A DNA stretch of 37,017 bases, from positions 1 through 37,017 of the forward strand of contig CAXGAI010000044.1 of the NCBI GenBank assembly GCA_964007735.1, in the 5' to 3' direction. Source of the stretch: an uncultured Rhodopirellula sp. (GTDB lineage Bacteria; Planctomycetota; Planctomycetia; Pirellulales; Pirellulaceae). The number at the start of each line of letters is the position of its first letter. The stretch's first letter is position 1. This document shows positions 8,701 through 18,057 of this stretch, piece after piece. Both the position numbers and the translations under genes were made by a program. Under the pieces are notes generated by a model that did no database searches, had not been told where the DNA came from, and was given only the letters and a program-made list of their open reading frames with translations.

Positions 8701-9720
8701 ATGGTTTTATGGGTGCTGCGTGCAGTATTCATGGCGATCGCTTTTGGCGCCGGAATATCGATTGTTACGCAAAATACAGAAGACTCTCAGGGACTTTTTA
8801 CCGGAGTCACTCTCATTGTTGCCGCCGCTGGCATTGTTTCTTTCGATATCCTGATTCGCAAAAAACCAATCGATGTTATTTCGTGCAGTTATTTTGGAAT
8901 TGTCATAGGACTATTTCTTACTTATATCGTCGGGGTCGCAATCGATCCGATTTTGACCTTTTCTAAAGTAGGAGATGTGGAGCACACCCGAGGGATGGTG
9001 AATCTCCTGTTGGCGATCCCCTTGTGTTACATTTGTACCTCTTTTCTATTGCAAACCCGGAATGATTTTCGGTTCATCATTCCATACGTTGAGTTCTCCA
9101 AAGAGATAAAAGGTAACAAACCTCTTATTTTGGATACGTCGGTTGTCATTGATGGTCGTATTGCAGATTTGGTGGATACAAACATCTTCGATAGCCAGTT
9201 GGTGATGCCTAAGTTTGTTTTGGCTGAATTGCAGAACATTGCAGACAGCAGCGACAAAATGCGTCGTACCCGAGGCCGCCGTGGTTTGGATATTCTCAAG
9301 CAACTTCAGGCAAACACAGAAGTTGATTTGTTGATTGATGAACGAGAGAGTGATGACATGAAAGATCAGCCCGTTGATGCGAAACTGGTCATGCTCGCAA
9401 AACAATTAAACGGTAAAGTCGTAACTGGCGATTACAATCTTAATAAGATCGCTACGTTACAAGACGTTCCGGTAATTAACCTGAATGACATCATGAATGC
9501 CCTGCGACCTGTTTTTCTTCCAGGTGAAGAATTCCAAGTTAAGATTGTTAAGGAAGGTGAAGGAGATTCGCAGGGAATTGGTTATCTGGACGATGGTACG
9601 ATGATTGTCATAGAAGGTGGCCGGAGTCACCTTCAGCAAGTCGCGAATGTCTCTGTGACCAGTGTGTTGCAAACCAGTGCAGGCCGAATGATCTTTGCGA
9701 ATTACGAAGGTGCAGTCTAA
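8701..9720 (+). CDS. Membrane-anchored PIN/TRAM domain protein (YacL-like)
   Basis: Four N-terminal TM helices, PIN motifs ILDTSVVIDGRI, ELQNIADS, RGRRGLDIL and TGDYNLNK, and TRAM motif QGIGYLDDGTMIVIEGG...VTSVLQTSAGRMIFA. Confidence 0.92.
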   Translation: MVLWVLRAVFMAIAFGAGISIVTQNTEDSQGLFTGVTLIVAAAGIVSFDILIRKKPIDVISCSYFGIVIGLFLTYIVGVAIDPILTFSKVGDVEHTRGMVNLLLAIPLCYICTSFLLQTRNDFRFIIPYVEFSKEIKGNKPLILDTSVVIDGRIADLVDTNIFDSQLVMPKFVLAELQNIADSSDKMRRTRGRRGLDILKQLQANTEVDLLIDERESDDMKDQPVDAKLVMLAKQLNGKVVTGDYNLNKIATLQDVPVINLNDIMNALRPVFLPGEEFQVKIVKEGEGDSQGIGYLDDGTMIVIEGGRSHLQQVANVSVTSVLQTSAGRMIFANYEGAV

Positions 9721-9886
9721 GAGCCTTCGCGGAAAACTTGAATCGCCGAATCCACTTTGGTACGTTGAGAGATTAAAGGCAGGCGACTGCGATCAGTATG
9801 GGGGTTCCAAACCGTCATTGGCTTTATTGGCAACGGTGGAATGTTCCTAAGCGGTCATTAGGGTACTACCAACTTAGGCACTGGAA

Positions 9887-12751
9887 ATGGCGACGATCGA
9901 CGCGGAAACGACTGAGCCCGGCGTGCGACAAACTGCGCATAGTCAGATCTCGATTCGGGGTGCGCGAGTTAATAATCTCAAAAACATCAGCCTCGACATT
10001 CCTAGAAATCAGCTTGTGGTAATCACGGGCCCTAGCGGTTCCGGGAAGAGTTCCTTAGCTTTTGAGACTCTGTATGCCGAAGGTCAACGTCAATATATTG
10101 AGAGCCTGTCTGTCTACGCCAGGCAGTTTCTGAAGCAAATGGAACGTCCTGATGTCGATATTATTGAGGGTCTTCAGCCAACGATTTGTATTGACCAAAG
10201 ACAGGGCCTGCAAAATCCTCGTAGTACGGTTGCCACGGTCACAGAAATTTATGACCACCTTAGACTTTTGATGGCCCGGCTCGGTGCGCCGGTCTGCTAC
10301 GAATGTGGAGAGTCCATCCGTCAGCAATCTCACGAGCAAATTCAGGATGCTTTGATGGCGATGCCGGAAGGTACGAAATCGATGATCATGGCGCCTATGG
10401 TACGTGGACGTCGTGGCCAGCATAAGGACATTCTTGAACAGATTCGGAAAGTGGGTTTTGTGAGAGCACGCATTGATGGACAAGTTTACGATGTTGATTC
10501 ATTTCCCGAATTAGCACCCCGTAAAGTACATCATATTGATGCAATTGTTGATCGGGTTATTGTTCGTCCCGGAGTGCGTGCTCGTATTGGTGAGTCGATT
10601 AAACTTGCGTTGGAGTACGGTGAAGGTTTGATGATGCTCTGTTCCTATCATCCGTATGATGAAGAGCAGGAAGTGGAGGGAGGAGAGTGGCGAGATACAC
10701 TTTTCAGTGCTCGCTATTCATGCCCGCATTGCAATATCAGCTATGAAGAAGTTGAACCTCGCACATTTAGCTTCAACAGTCCATACGGCGCTTGCCCAGA
10801 ATGTGATGGTCTTGGGCAGTTTCATCAATTTGATCCTGAACAGTTAGTACCGGATGTCGATTTAACCCTAGGGGAAGGCGCGATCGCCGTGTTTGAAGGA
10901 GCGACCCCTAAACGACTTCAAAAGTACGAAGAAACGCTGAACGAATTTTTGACATCAAAGAAGATCGATCGTAATTTACCAATTGGTGAGTGGCCCACGC
11001 GAATCCAGAAACAATTCTTCTTTGGAGTTGGCCGTAAGTATCCCGGATTGGTGGGAATGGTTGAGCAGGAGTTTGCTACGACCACTAGTAAACCTCGTCT
11101 GGAAGAACTCGAATCGTATCGTGACATTGTGGTTTGCAATCACTGTGAAGGCTCACGTTTACGACCTGAAGCCACTAGCGTAAAACTGGGGGGCGTTAAT
11201 ATCCATGAGATCGTGAAGCTATCGATCAATGAAGCTCGTGAATACTTTGCGTCTCTGGAATTCAATGATCAGGATGAGTTGGTTGGCAGGCCGGTGGTCA
11301 ATGAGATCCTTCATCGCCTGCAGTTCCTCTCAAAAGTTGGAGTTGATTATCTGACGTTAGACCGATCGGCAGACACACTCAGCGGTGGCGAAATGCAGCG
11401 AGTGCGATTGGCGAGCAGTATTGGATCCGGATTGGTTGGTGTTTGCTATATTCTGGATGAGCCATCGATTGGCTTACATCCTCGCGATAATGATCGGCTT
11501 ATTCAGTCGTTAAGAGATCTGCAGCAACTTGGTAATACCGTCATCGTCGTTGAACATGATGAAGCAACAATGCGTGAAGCGGATCGTATTATTGATGTTG
11601 GGCCGGGTGCTGGACAGAACGGTGGTGAGGTGATTGCCCAAGGGTCTCCCGATGAAGTACAGGCAGATACGGCGTCAGTTACCGGACAATACCTGATAGG
11701 TGCTCGGCAAATCCTTGTCCCTGAAAAACGTCGTAAAGTGAAGGCTCGTAAACAGATAAGTCTGGCACGTGCCACCACGAATAACTTGCAAAGTGTCTCT
11801 ATTAAAGTGCCTCTGGAGACTTTTGTTTGTATTACCGGAGTATCGGGATCAGGTAAGAGCTCTTTGATCAATGAAACGCTGGCTCGGGCTATCACGCGTC
11901 ATCTGGGTAACAAGTGTCCCAAGCCAGGAGCTTTTGGTGAGCTGAAAGGTGTGGAGTATATCGATAAGTTGGTTCAAATCACTCAGACTCCAATTGGGCG
12001 CACACCACGAAGTAATGCGGCCACTTACACGGGGGTGTTTGATGAGATCCGTAAGGTTTTTTCTCAAACACGAGATGCTAAACAGCGAGGTTATAAAGCA
12101 AATCGGTTTAGTTTTAATGTGAAGCAGGGACGATGTAGTAGCTGCGATGGGCAAGGTGTTCAAAAAATTGAAATGAATTTTTTGCCGGATATGTATGTGA
12201 AGTGTGATCAGTGTCATGGCGCACGATTTAATCGGGCCACTCTGCAGGTAAGGTACAAAGGTTTGACGATCGCCGATGTTCTGGACTTGTCCGTGAGTGA
12301 AGCTGTTGGATTCTTCGAAAACTTTCATAATATTCACAGGACCCTTCAAAGTCTTGAAGACGTCGGGCTAGGATATCTCAGACTCGGGCAGCCATCGACG
12401 ACCTTGTCAGGCGGCGAAGCGCAGCGTGTGAAATTAGCGACTCAACTTGCAAGAGTAGATACTGGTAATACGATGTATTTGTTAGACGAGCCAACAACCG
12501 GGTTGCATTTTGAAGATATTCAGCGACTTCTCAATGTTCTGGGACGCTTGGTGGATCGAGGTAATACGGTCGTCGTGATTGAACATAATCTGGATGTCGT
12601 CAAATGTGCCGACTGGATTATTGACCTTGGTCCGGAAGGTGGGACAGGCGGCGGACAAGTCATTGCGACAGGTTCTCCTGAAGATGTCGCCGGAAATGAA
12701 GCCAGTTATACCGGACAATGTTTACAAAGTGTCCTAACAGGAGGTAGCTAG
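9887..12751 (+). CDS. uvrA: Excinuclease ABC subunit A
   Basis: Two Walker A motifs (GPSGSGKSS, GVSGSGKSS), two LSGGE signatures, zinc-finger CxxC pairs and FSFNSPYGACP. Confidence 0.98.
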   Translation: MATIDAETTEPGVRQTAHSQISIRGARVNNLKNISLDIPRNQLVVITGPSGSGKSSLAFETLYAEGQRQYIESLSVYARQFLKQMERPDVDIIEGLQPTICIDQRQGLQNPRSTVATVTEIYDHLRLLMARLGAPVCYECGESIRQQSHEQIQDALMAMPEGTKSMIMAPMVRGRRGQHKDILEQIRKVGFVRARIDGQVYDVDSFPELAPRKVHHIDAIVDRVIVRPGVRARIGESIKLALEYGEGLMMLCSYHPYDEEQEVEGGEWRDTLFSARYSCPHCNISYEEVEPRTFSFNSPYGACPECDGLGQFHQFDPEQLVPDVDLTLGEGAIAVFEGATPKRLQKYEETLNEFLTSKKIDRNLPIGEWPTRIQKQFFFGVGRKYPGLVGMVEQEFATTTSKPRLEELESYRDIVVCNHCEGSRLRPEATSVKLGGVNIHEIVKLSINEAREYFASLEFNDQDELVGRPVVNEILHRLQFLSKVGVDYLTLDRSADTLSGGEMQRVRLASSIGSGLVGVCYILDEPSIGLHPRDNDRLIQSLRDLQQLGNTVIVVEHDEATMREADRIIDVGPGAGQNGGEVIAQGSPDEVQADTASVTGQYLIGARQILVPEKRRKVKARKQISLARATTNNLQSVSIKVPLETFVCITGVSGSGKSSLINETLARAITRHLGNKCPKPGAFGELKGVEYIDKLVQITQTPIGRTPRSNAATYTGVFDEIRKVFSQTRDAKQRGYKANRFSFNVKQGRCSSCDGQGVQKIEMNFLPDMYVKCDQCHGARFNRATLQVRYKGLTIADVLDLSVSEAVGFFENFHNIHRTLQSLEDVGLGYLRLGQPSTTLSGGEAQRVKLATQLARVDTGNTMYLLDEPTTGLHFEDIQRLLNVLGRLVDRGNTVVVIEHNLDVVKCADWIIDLGPEGGTGGGQVIATGSPEDVAGNEASYTGQCLQSVLTGGS

Positions 12752-13140
12752 TGAAGGCAATTTTATTTGTTGCATTAGGAGGTATGGTAGGAGCCGTTCT
12801 AAGATATTTGGGGGGTACTGCCGCTGGAAAAGTGATGGGTGACGGTTTCGCTTATGGCACGCTATTAGTGAATGTCGTGGGCTGTCTGGTCATTGGATTT
12901 CTCGCTGGTTGGGGGTTCACCGCGCTGGAGGAGAACCCTAACGCCCGTCTTTTTGTTGTTACCGGTATGTTGGGCTCACTGACAACATTTTCGACTTTTG
13001 GTTGGGAAACAGTGCAATACCTGCAAGATGGCCGCTGGCAGATTGCATTTGTCAATATTGCGTTGAATTTAGCGATTGGGCTGGTGGCAGTTCTAGGTGG
13101 TTTTAGTGCCGGCCAAGCATTACTTGCTAAGGCAATTTAG
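12751..13140 (+). CDS. crcB: Fluoride efflux channel Fluc/CrcB
   Basis: GGMVGAVLRY, GTLLVNVVGC, TGMLGSLTTFSTF; four TM helices, 129 aa. The GTG start overlaps the uvrA TAG by one base. Confidence 0.95.
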   Translation: MKAILFVALGGMVGAVLRYLGGTAAGKVMGDGFAYGTLLVNVVGCLVIGFLAGWGFTALEENPNARLFVVTGMLGSLTTFSTFGWETVQYLQDGRWQIAFVNIALNLAIGLVAVLGGFSAGQALLAKAI

Positions 13141-13193
13141 AACCAAAAACAGTCAGATTATAGTGATTCTGTCGGTTATCGCTACATCGACGC

Positions 13194-13222
13194 TTGCATG
13201 AATCCAATGCTTGCAATAATCT
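13194..13222 (+). promoter_or_regulatory. Candidate sigma70-type promoter for ilvB
   Basis: TTGCAT (13194-13199), a 17-nt spacer, then TAATCT (13217-13222), lying just upstream of the structured leader. Confidence 0.4.
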
Positions 13223-13236
13223 AAACTGATTGAGAC

Positions 13237-13319
13237 ACTCATGAGCCCTTCGCTAGGGGGAATACCCTAAGAATCGGGGCAAACGGTGTTTTGCCTGCAC
13301 TGCGAGAGGGCTCGTGGGT
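13237..13319 (+). promoter_or_regulatory. Structured RNA element (three-way junction) in the ilvB 5' leader
   Basis: ACTCATGAGCCCT-TCGC pairs with GCGA-G-AGGGCTCGTGGGT (17 bp, two G-U pairs, one bulge). This stem encloses hairpins TAGGG/CCCTA and GGGCAAA/TTTGCCT. Confidence 0.55.
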
Positions 13320-13383
13320 AATAATTGAAAGAAGAAATACCTGACGTTTATATTCGTTTCCATTGAGGAGACAGGAGTAGAAA

Positions 13384-15153
13384 ATGGCAACCATAGATAA
13401 GGCTTCCGAAACGGACTTTATGGCAGGCGCTGACATCCTTGTCGAAGCTCTGATTCGTAACGGCGCCGAAGTCGTCTTTGCCTACCCTGGTGGGTGTAGT
13501 ATGCCTTTACATCAGGCATTGTTACGCAACGAGGACAAAATTCGTACAATTCTACCCCGCCACGAACAAGGCGGTGGTTTCGCGGCTCAAGGTGTCTCAC
13601 GTACGACCGGTGTTCCCGGCGTTTGTATTGCCACCAGTGGTCCCGGTGCTACAAATCTTGTAACTGCGATTGCTGACGCCAAACTGGATAGTATTCCAAT
13701 GATTGCGATTACAGCTCAGGTTCCGACGCCAGTTATCGGCTCTGATGCTTTTCAGGAAACTCCGATGGTGGAAGTCTGTCGTGGTATTACGAAACATCAC
13801 TATCTGGTCACGGATGTAAACGATTTGGTCCGTGTCGTGAAAGAAGCGTTTCACATTGCAACAACAGGTCGTCCTGGTCCTGTTCTGATAGATATTCCGA
13901 AAGACATCCAGTTGTCACAATGTACTGTTGACTGGGATGCGGACATGAATCTTCCAGGTTATCGTTTTGGTGTGATTGATGAGCCGCCAGCCGAGCAACT
14001 GAATCAGGTGGCGGCCGCCATCAAGCATGCTAAACGTCCATTGATTTATGCTGGTGGTGGTATTATTACCGGCGAAGCGACGAATGAGCTTCGTGAACTG
14101 ATCGCCAAAACTGAAATTCCAACCACGATGACCGTGATGGGCTTAGGGGTCTTGCCGGCAACCGATCCACTTTGCATGGACATGCTTGGAATGCATGGAT
14201 CTATCTATGCGAACTGGGCCGTACGAGATTGCGACTTGTTGATTGGCCTTGGTGTTCGTTTTGATGACCGCGTAACCGGGAAGCTTGAAAAATTTGCCCG
14301 GAATGCAAAGATTGTCCACATCGATATTGATCCATCGGAACTCAATAAAAACAAACCGGCTCACATTCCAATTGTGAGTGATGTCAAGATTGCACTACAG
14401 CGTTTGCTTCCACTTGTGGAGCATAAAGACGATATTGATGAATGGCGAGCTCAGTGCCGTGCTTGGAAGCAGGAGAATCCGTTGACTTACGATCATTCAT
14501 TTGATGGTATCCTGCAACAGCATGCGATCGCTGAATTGTCACGTATCACACAGGAACGTGACACGGTGATTACCGTAGGTGTAGGGCAGCATCAAATGTG
14601 GGCTGCTCAGTTTTATCAGTTTAATAAACCTCGAACCTGGTTGTCCAGTTCCGGATTGGGAACCATGGGTTTTGGTTTGCCGGCGGCGATGGGAGTTCAG
14701 GCCGCTCATCCCGAGAAGCTCGTTATCGATATCGACGGCGACGGAAGTTTCCAGATGAATATTCAGGAACTTGCCACTTGTAAATGTGAAAACCTCCCTG
14801 TGAAAGTATTGCTATTAAACAATCAACACCTCGGTATGGTTGTTCAGTGGGAAGATCGCTTCATGGAAGGTCGTCGAGCTCATACTTATCTAGGTCCCAT
14901 CGACGATGATGAAGCGCGTGGTAAAGGTACGAGCGCCTATGCCGTTGAACGTTATCCCGACTTTGTTCAGATCGCCAAAGGCTACGGATGTGGAGCAGCT
15001 TCCGTCTCACGTAAAGAAGATCTGGAAGCGGCATTGTTGGAAATGATCGAGTACGATGGTCCCTTTGTACTTGACGTTGAAGTTCCCTATCAGGAACACG
15101 TTTTGCCAATGATTCCCTCCGGCGGTAGCGTGGATGATATGATTACTCAATAG
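13384..15153 (+). CDS. ilvB: Acetolactate synthase large (catalytic) subunit, biosynthetic type
   Basis: [70 protein letters not shown] and the ThDP motif GDGSFQMN...NN. AGGAG RBS upstream. Confidence 0.97.
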   Translation: MATIDKASETDFMAGADILVEALIRNGAEVVFAYPGGCSMPLHQALLRNEDKIRTILPRHEQGGGFAAQGVSRTTGVPGVCIATSGPGATNLVTAIADAKLDSIPMIAITAQVPTPVIGSDAFQETPMVEVCRGITKHHYLVTDVNDLVRVVKEAFHIATTGRPGPVLIDIPKDIQLSQCTVDWDADMNLPGYRFGVIDEPPAEQLNQVAAAIKHAKRPLIYAGGGIITGEATNELRELIAKTEIPTTMTVMGLGVLPATDPLCMDMLGMHGSIYANWAVRDCDLLIGLGVRFDDRVTGKLEKFARNAKIVHIDIDPSELNKNKPAHIPIVSDVKIALQRLLPLVEHKDDIDEWRAQCRAWKQENPLTYDHSFDGILQQHAIAELSRITQERDTVITVGVGQHQMWAAQFYQFNKPRTWLSSSGLGTMGFGLPAAMGVQAAHPEKLVIDIDGDGSFQMNIQELATCKCENLPVKVLLLNNQHLGMVVQWEDRFMEGRRAHTYLGPIDDDEARGKGTSAYAVERYPDFVQIAKGYGCGAASVSRKEDLEAALLEMIEYDGPFVLDVEVPYQEHVLPMIPSGGSVDDMITQ

Positions 15154-15174
15154 TCAGTGATCAATGTTAAATCG

Positions 15175-15203
15175 AAACCCGGTCCTGGTGGCCGGGTTTT
15201 TTT
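15175..15203 (+). terminator. Intrinsic terminator after ilvB
   Basis: AAACCCGGTC-ctggt-GGCCGGGTTT hairpin running into a T7 tract, about 20 nt after the stop. Confidence 0.85.
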
Positions 15204-15218
15204 ATCGGGTAACCAGAA

Positions 15219-16712
15219 ATGACGGAACCAAAAAAAACGAAACTTGCACTGCATTGGCAGATTCTTCTCGGTATGGTTGCCGGTGGCTTGATAGGTGTTC
15301 TGCTGAATCTTACCGCTCGAGAGCATTTTGTCACTCTTGAAGGAAATGTGGCCGGATCGTTTACTCGCGTGGAGCTACAGGACATCAACTCGATGGCTTT
15401 GCTTACGACTTATACCGGTACTGAAAAGACGCAACATTTTGTCATCGGGAAATCACCAGCTTATCCTGATATTTCACACTCAGATATGGATTCCTTTCGT
15501 AAAGATCAGCCGGAACTATATCGGATGTTTCAGGAACACGGACGAAGTTGGGCACGTTGGGTGAGTGATTGGACGGACCGGTTAGGTGACCTTTTTCTGC
15601 GGATGTTAAAGATGGTGGCGATTCCTTTGATCGTGTGCTCCTTGACGACGGGCGTGCTTGGATTGGGGAAAGCGGAACGTATTGGCAAGATGTTTAGTCG
15701 TACGATGTTCTATTATCTGTGCACCAGCTTTTTAGCCATTGTCACGGGACTTCTGTTTGTGAATGTCATTCAGCCGGGCGAACGTTCAGAATCGGCTATG
15801 ACGGTGGCGACGGATACGGTTATCAAGTCAGCCGAACCAGTATCAGTCATGTTGTTTTCACAACTTGAAAAAATGGTACCCACTAATCCGTTGCAGGCCC
15901 TAGCTGAAGGCGACTTCTTGTCCATTATCAGCTTCACACTCATGTTCGCCCTGTGTGCATTGCTCGTGGGCGGTAAGACGCTTACGACGATTCGCGACGT
16001 AGCGGAAGCTGGCTTTGAAGTCATGATGAAGATGACGATGGCGGTCATTGCATTAGCGCCATTTGGTGTCGCCTTTCTGATGCTCAATGCAACGGCATTA
16101 AATGGTACCGATGTATTTGCTCCCTTGGCATGGTACATGTTAACGGTCTTGTTGGCATTGCTGTTTCATGCTTGTGTGACTTTGCCCGTCATTCTAAAGT
16201 TTGTTGGTAAACGAAATCCCTTGGAATTTGCGCGTGCAATGAGTCCGGCACTGCTGACGGCGTTTAGTTCGGCATCTAGCAATGGTACTTTGCCTTTGAC
16301 AATGGCCAGTGTTGAAAAACGGGCACAAGTTAGTAATCAAACCAGTTCGTTTGTATTGCCATTAGGAGCAACGATTAACATGGATGGTACAGCCCTTTAT
16401 GAAGCAGTCGCCGTATTGTTTATTGCTCAGCATACGATGAATGAACCTCTTTCAATAGGGCTCCAAATTACGGTGGCATTAACGGCCCTGCTGGTCAGTA
16501 TTGGGGCAGCGGGAATTCCACATGCCGGACTGGTGATGATGGTCATTGTGTTACAGGCAGTGGGATTACCGCTGGAGATGCAGGGATTGATTTTAGCCGT
16601 TGACCGAGTACTGGATATGTTCCGCACTAGTGTGAATGTATGGAGTGACTCTTGTGGATGTGCGATTATTGATCGTTTTACTGAGTCGGGATCTGGTCCT
16701 GTTGAGGTTTAG
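15219..16712 (+). CDS. Dicarboxylate/amino acid:cation symporter (DAACS, GltPh-like; likely Na+:Asp/Glu)
   Basis: FLRMLKMVAIPL, PTNP, AFSSASSNGTLP, PLGATINMDGTALY, SIGAAGIP and AVDRVLDMFRTSVNVWSD. Confidence 0.93.
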   Translation: MTEPKKTKLALHWQILLGMVAGGLIGVLLNLTAREHFVTLEGNVAGSFTRVELQDINSMALLTTYTGTEKTQHFVIGKSPAYPDISHSDMDSFRKDQPELYRMFQEHGRSWARWVSDWTDRLGDLFLRMLKMVAIPLIVCSLTTGVLGLGKAERIGKMFSRTMFYYLCTSFLAIVTGLLFVNVIQPGERSESAMTVATDTVIKSAEPVSVMLFSQLEKMVPTNPLQALAEGDFLSIISFTLMFALCALLVGGKTLTTIRDVAEAGFEVMMKMTMAVIALAPFGVAFLMLNATALNGTDVFAPLAWYMLTVLLALLFHACVTLPVILKFVGKRNPLEFARAMSPALLTAFSSASSNGTLPLTMASVEKRAQVSNQTSSFVLPLGATINMDGTALYEAVAVLFIAQHTMNEPLSIGLQITVALTALLVSIGAAGIPHAGLVMMVIVLQAVGLPLEMQGLILAVDRVLDMFRTSVNVWSDSCGCAIIDRFTESGSGPVEV

Positions 16713-17857
16713 AACCTCACCATAAATACTCGACGCGAGCGAACGCGTGGACGGACTTCGCCACAGACAATGACAGGTTGACCGTGCCAGTTTGTGATAT
16801 TGGTGACCACGGGAGGCCAAGTGCCTGCATGAGGATTGTCTGCGGGATTATCCCCGACGTCTTTGGGGAAATCATTTGCTTTACTCCAGGAGTCCCTTTG
16901 TGGATTGTATGCAAGTACACCGGTAGGAAAGCCCGGGTGCTTGTCTTTAAGTAGGTCTGTTTGAGAGGCTAACTCTCCGTGGTCACCTGAAACCACAAGC
17001 AGGGCGTTATTAGTTGTAATCGCTGGTGTTGGTGCTGCAACAGCAGGACGTGGTAGCGTTGCCGTCTTTCTCCATTGGCGGGTCTGGAGGTCATAAGCGA
17101 AACCATCTTTCAGGTATTGTCGGCTTAATGATCCATCTTCGTTCTTTACTAAGTCTGTGCCTGAGAACAGACAGATGGTATTGTGGATAACCCCGGCAAC
17201 AGCCAGCATTCTTGGAGCACCTGGCCAGGGTGGCAGTTCTTCCCATTGGAAATCTTTAGAGGTGGTAGTCAGGTCCAGTTTCCAAAAGACCTGAGCCGGA
17301 CGTTCAGAGGTTGGTTTGTGCAATCCGCCAAGTACGTAAACAATTCCCTCATGGATGACCCCTGTCGTATTTGCTAATGGGGCTGGAAGCGATGGCAACT
17401 TTGAAATTCGTATTCCATTCTTTGTAAGTGTCAGAATAAAACAGTCAGCGATATGCTCTTTGCTGTCTCCTCCACCGATACAAAGCACACCGTGTGGAAT
17501 CTTTAAAGCAAGCGACCGATCACTTTTGGCAAGGTTAAAGGAGAGCCCATATGCCAGAGGGCGAGGCAATTTGCTTTTGGACTTTCGCCATTCACCATTG
17601 GGGGTATCCAGGATGAAAATGGTGTCATACCAAACTTTACCCGTTTCCCAACGAGGCTTGTGGGGGAAATTAGCCCCGCCTGCGACAATTAGACTACCAC
17701 CGGAAACACCGACATAGGGTGCGGCAAATCCTTCGGCATCGGCGATCGGAGGGAGCTCGTGGAATGTCTGGGCTGTCGCCAAACCCGGGATACAAAGGAA
17801 AATTAGGGCATGAAGAACGAATGCTATTTGTTGTGAGTGTTGATTGGAGTAGTTCAC
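16709..17857 (-). CDS. Exported Kelch-repeat beta-propeller protein (NanM/galactose-oxidase-like)
   Basis: Signal peptide, LIVAGGANFP..P.WE.GK.WYD, repeated hydrophobic-GG Kelch motifs, and C-terminal GEVRPRVRS. Confidence 0.8.
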   Translation of the reverse strand: MNYSNQHSQQIAFVLHALIFLCIPGLATAQTFHELPPIADAEGFAAPYVGVSGGSLIVAGGANFPHKPRWETGKVWYDTIFILDTPNGEWRKSKSKLPRPLAYGLSFNLAKSDRSLALKIPHGVLCIGGGDSKEHIADCFILTLTKNGIRISKLPSLPAPLANTTGVIHEGIVYVLGGLHKPTSERPAQVFWKLDLTTTSKDFQWEELPPWPGAPRMLAVAGVIHNTICLFSGTDLVKNEDGSLSRQYLKDGFAYDLQTRQWRKTATLPRPAVAAPTPAITTNNALLVVSGDHGELASQTDLLKDKHPGFPTGVLAYNPQRDSWSKANDFPKDVGDNPADNPHAGTWPPVVTNITNWHGQPVIVCGEVRPRVRSRRVFMVRF

Positions 17858-17999
17858 AGTGGCGTTTCTTTTTGACGGGAAGACTGCGGTAAAAACTGCT
17901 GCATTGTTGGTTTAAGTTAGGAGAGCCAAACATTGGACTCAGGTAATTGGTTTATCAGCGAGGGCTAATTCCCGGTTTGTTTTTGATGCTGTAAGCGAA

Positions 18000-18035
18000 A
18001 AGCTCCTTCACCACCTGACGGTCATGAAGGAGCTT
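18000..18035 (-). terminator. Hairpin downstream of the PQQ sugar dehydrogenase gene (probable terminator)
   Basis: Perfect 11-bp inverted repeat AAGCTCCTTCA/TGAAGGAGCTT, about 22 nt past the stop at 18058, with only a short U-run on the minus strand. Confidence 0.6.
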
Positions 18036-18057
18036 AGACTAGAAGGCGATTGTGAAT

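Noticed and set aside
9790..9850. Fluoride riboswitch upstream of uvrA-crcB
   Set aside because: The 5' GGNGA strand of P1 and the UGAUGAC..CUAC 3' consensus are not properly present; there is only word-level resemblance.
13237..13319. TPP riboswitch, T-box or intrinsic terminator in the ilvB leader
   Set aside because: It lacks the CUGAGA and CCUGAU motifs of the TPP aptamer, has no UGGNACC T-box bulge, and has no U-tract after the stem.
16709..17857. Assigning nanM (sialic acid mutarotase)
   Set aside because: The Kelch fold is clear, but no nan genes or sodium:solute symporter are nearby and I cannot verify the catalytic residues.
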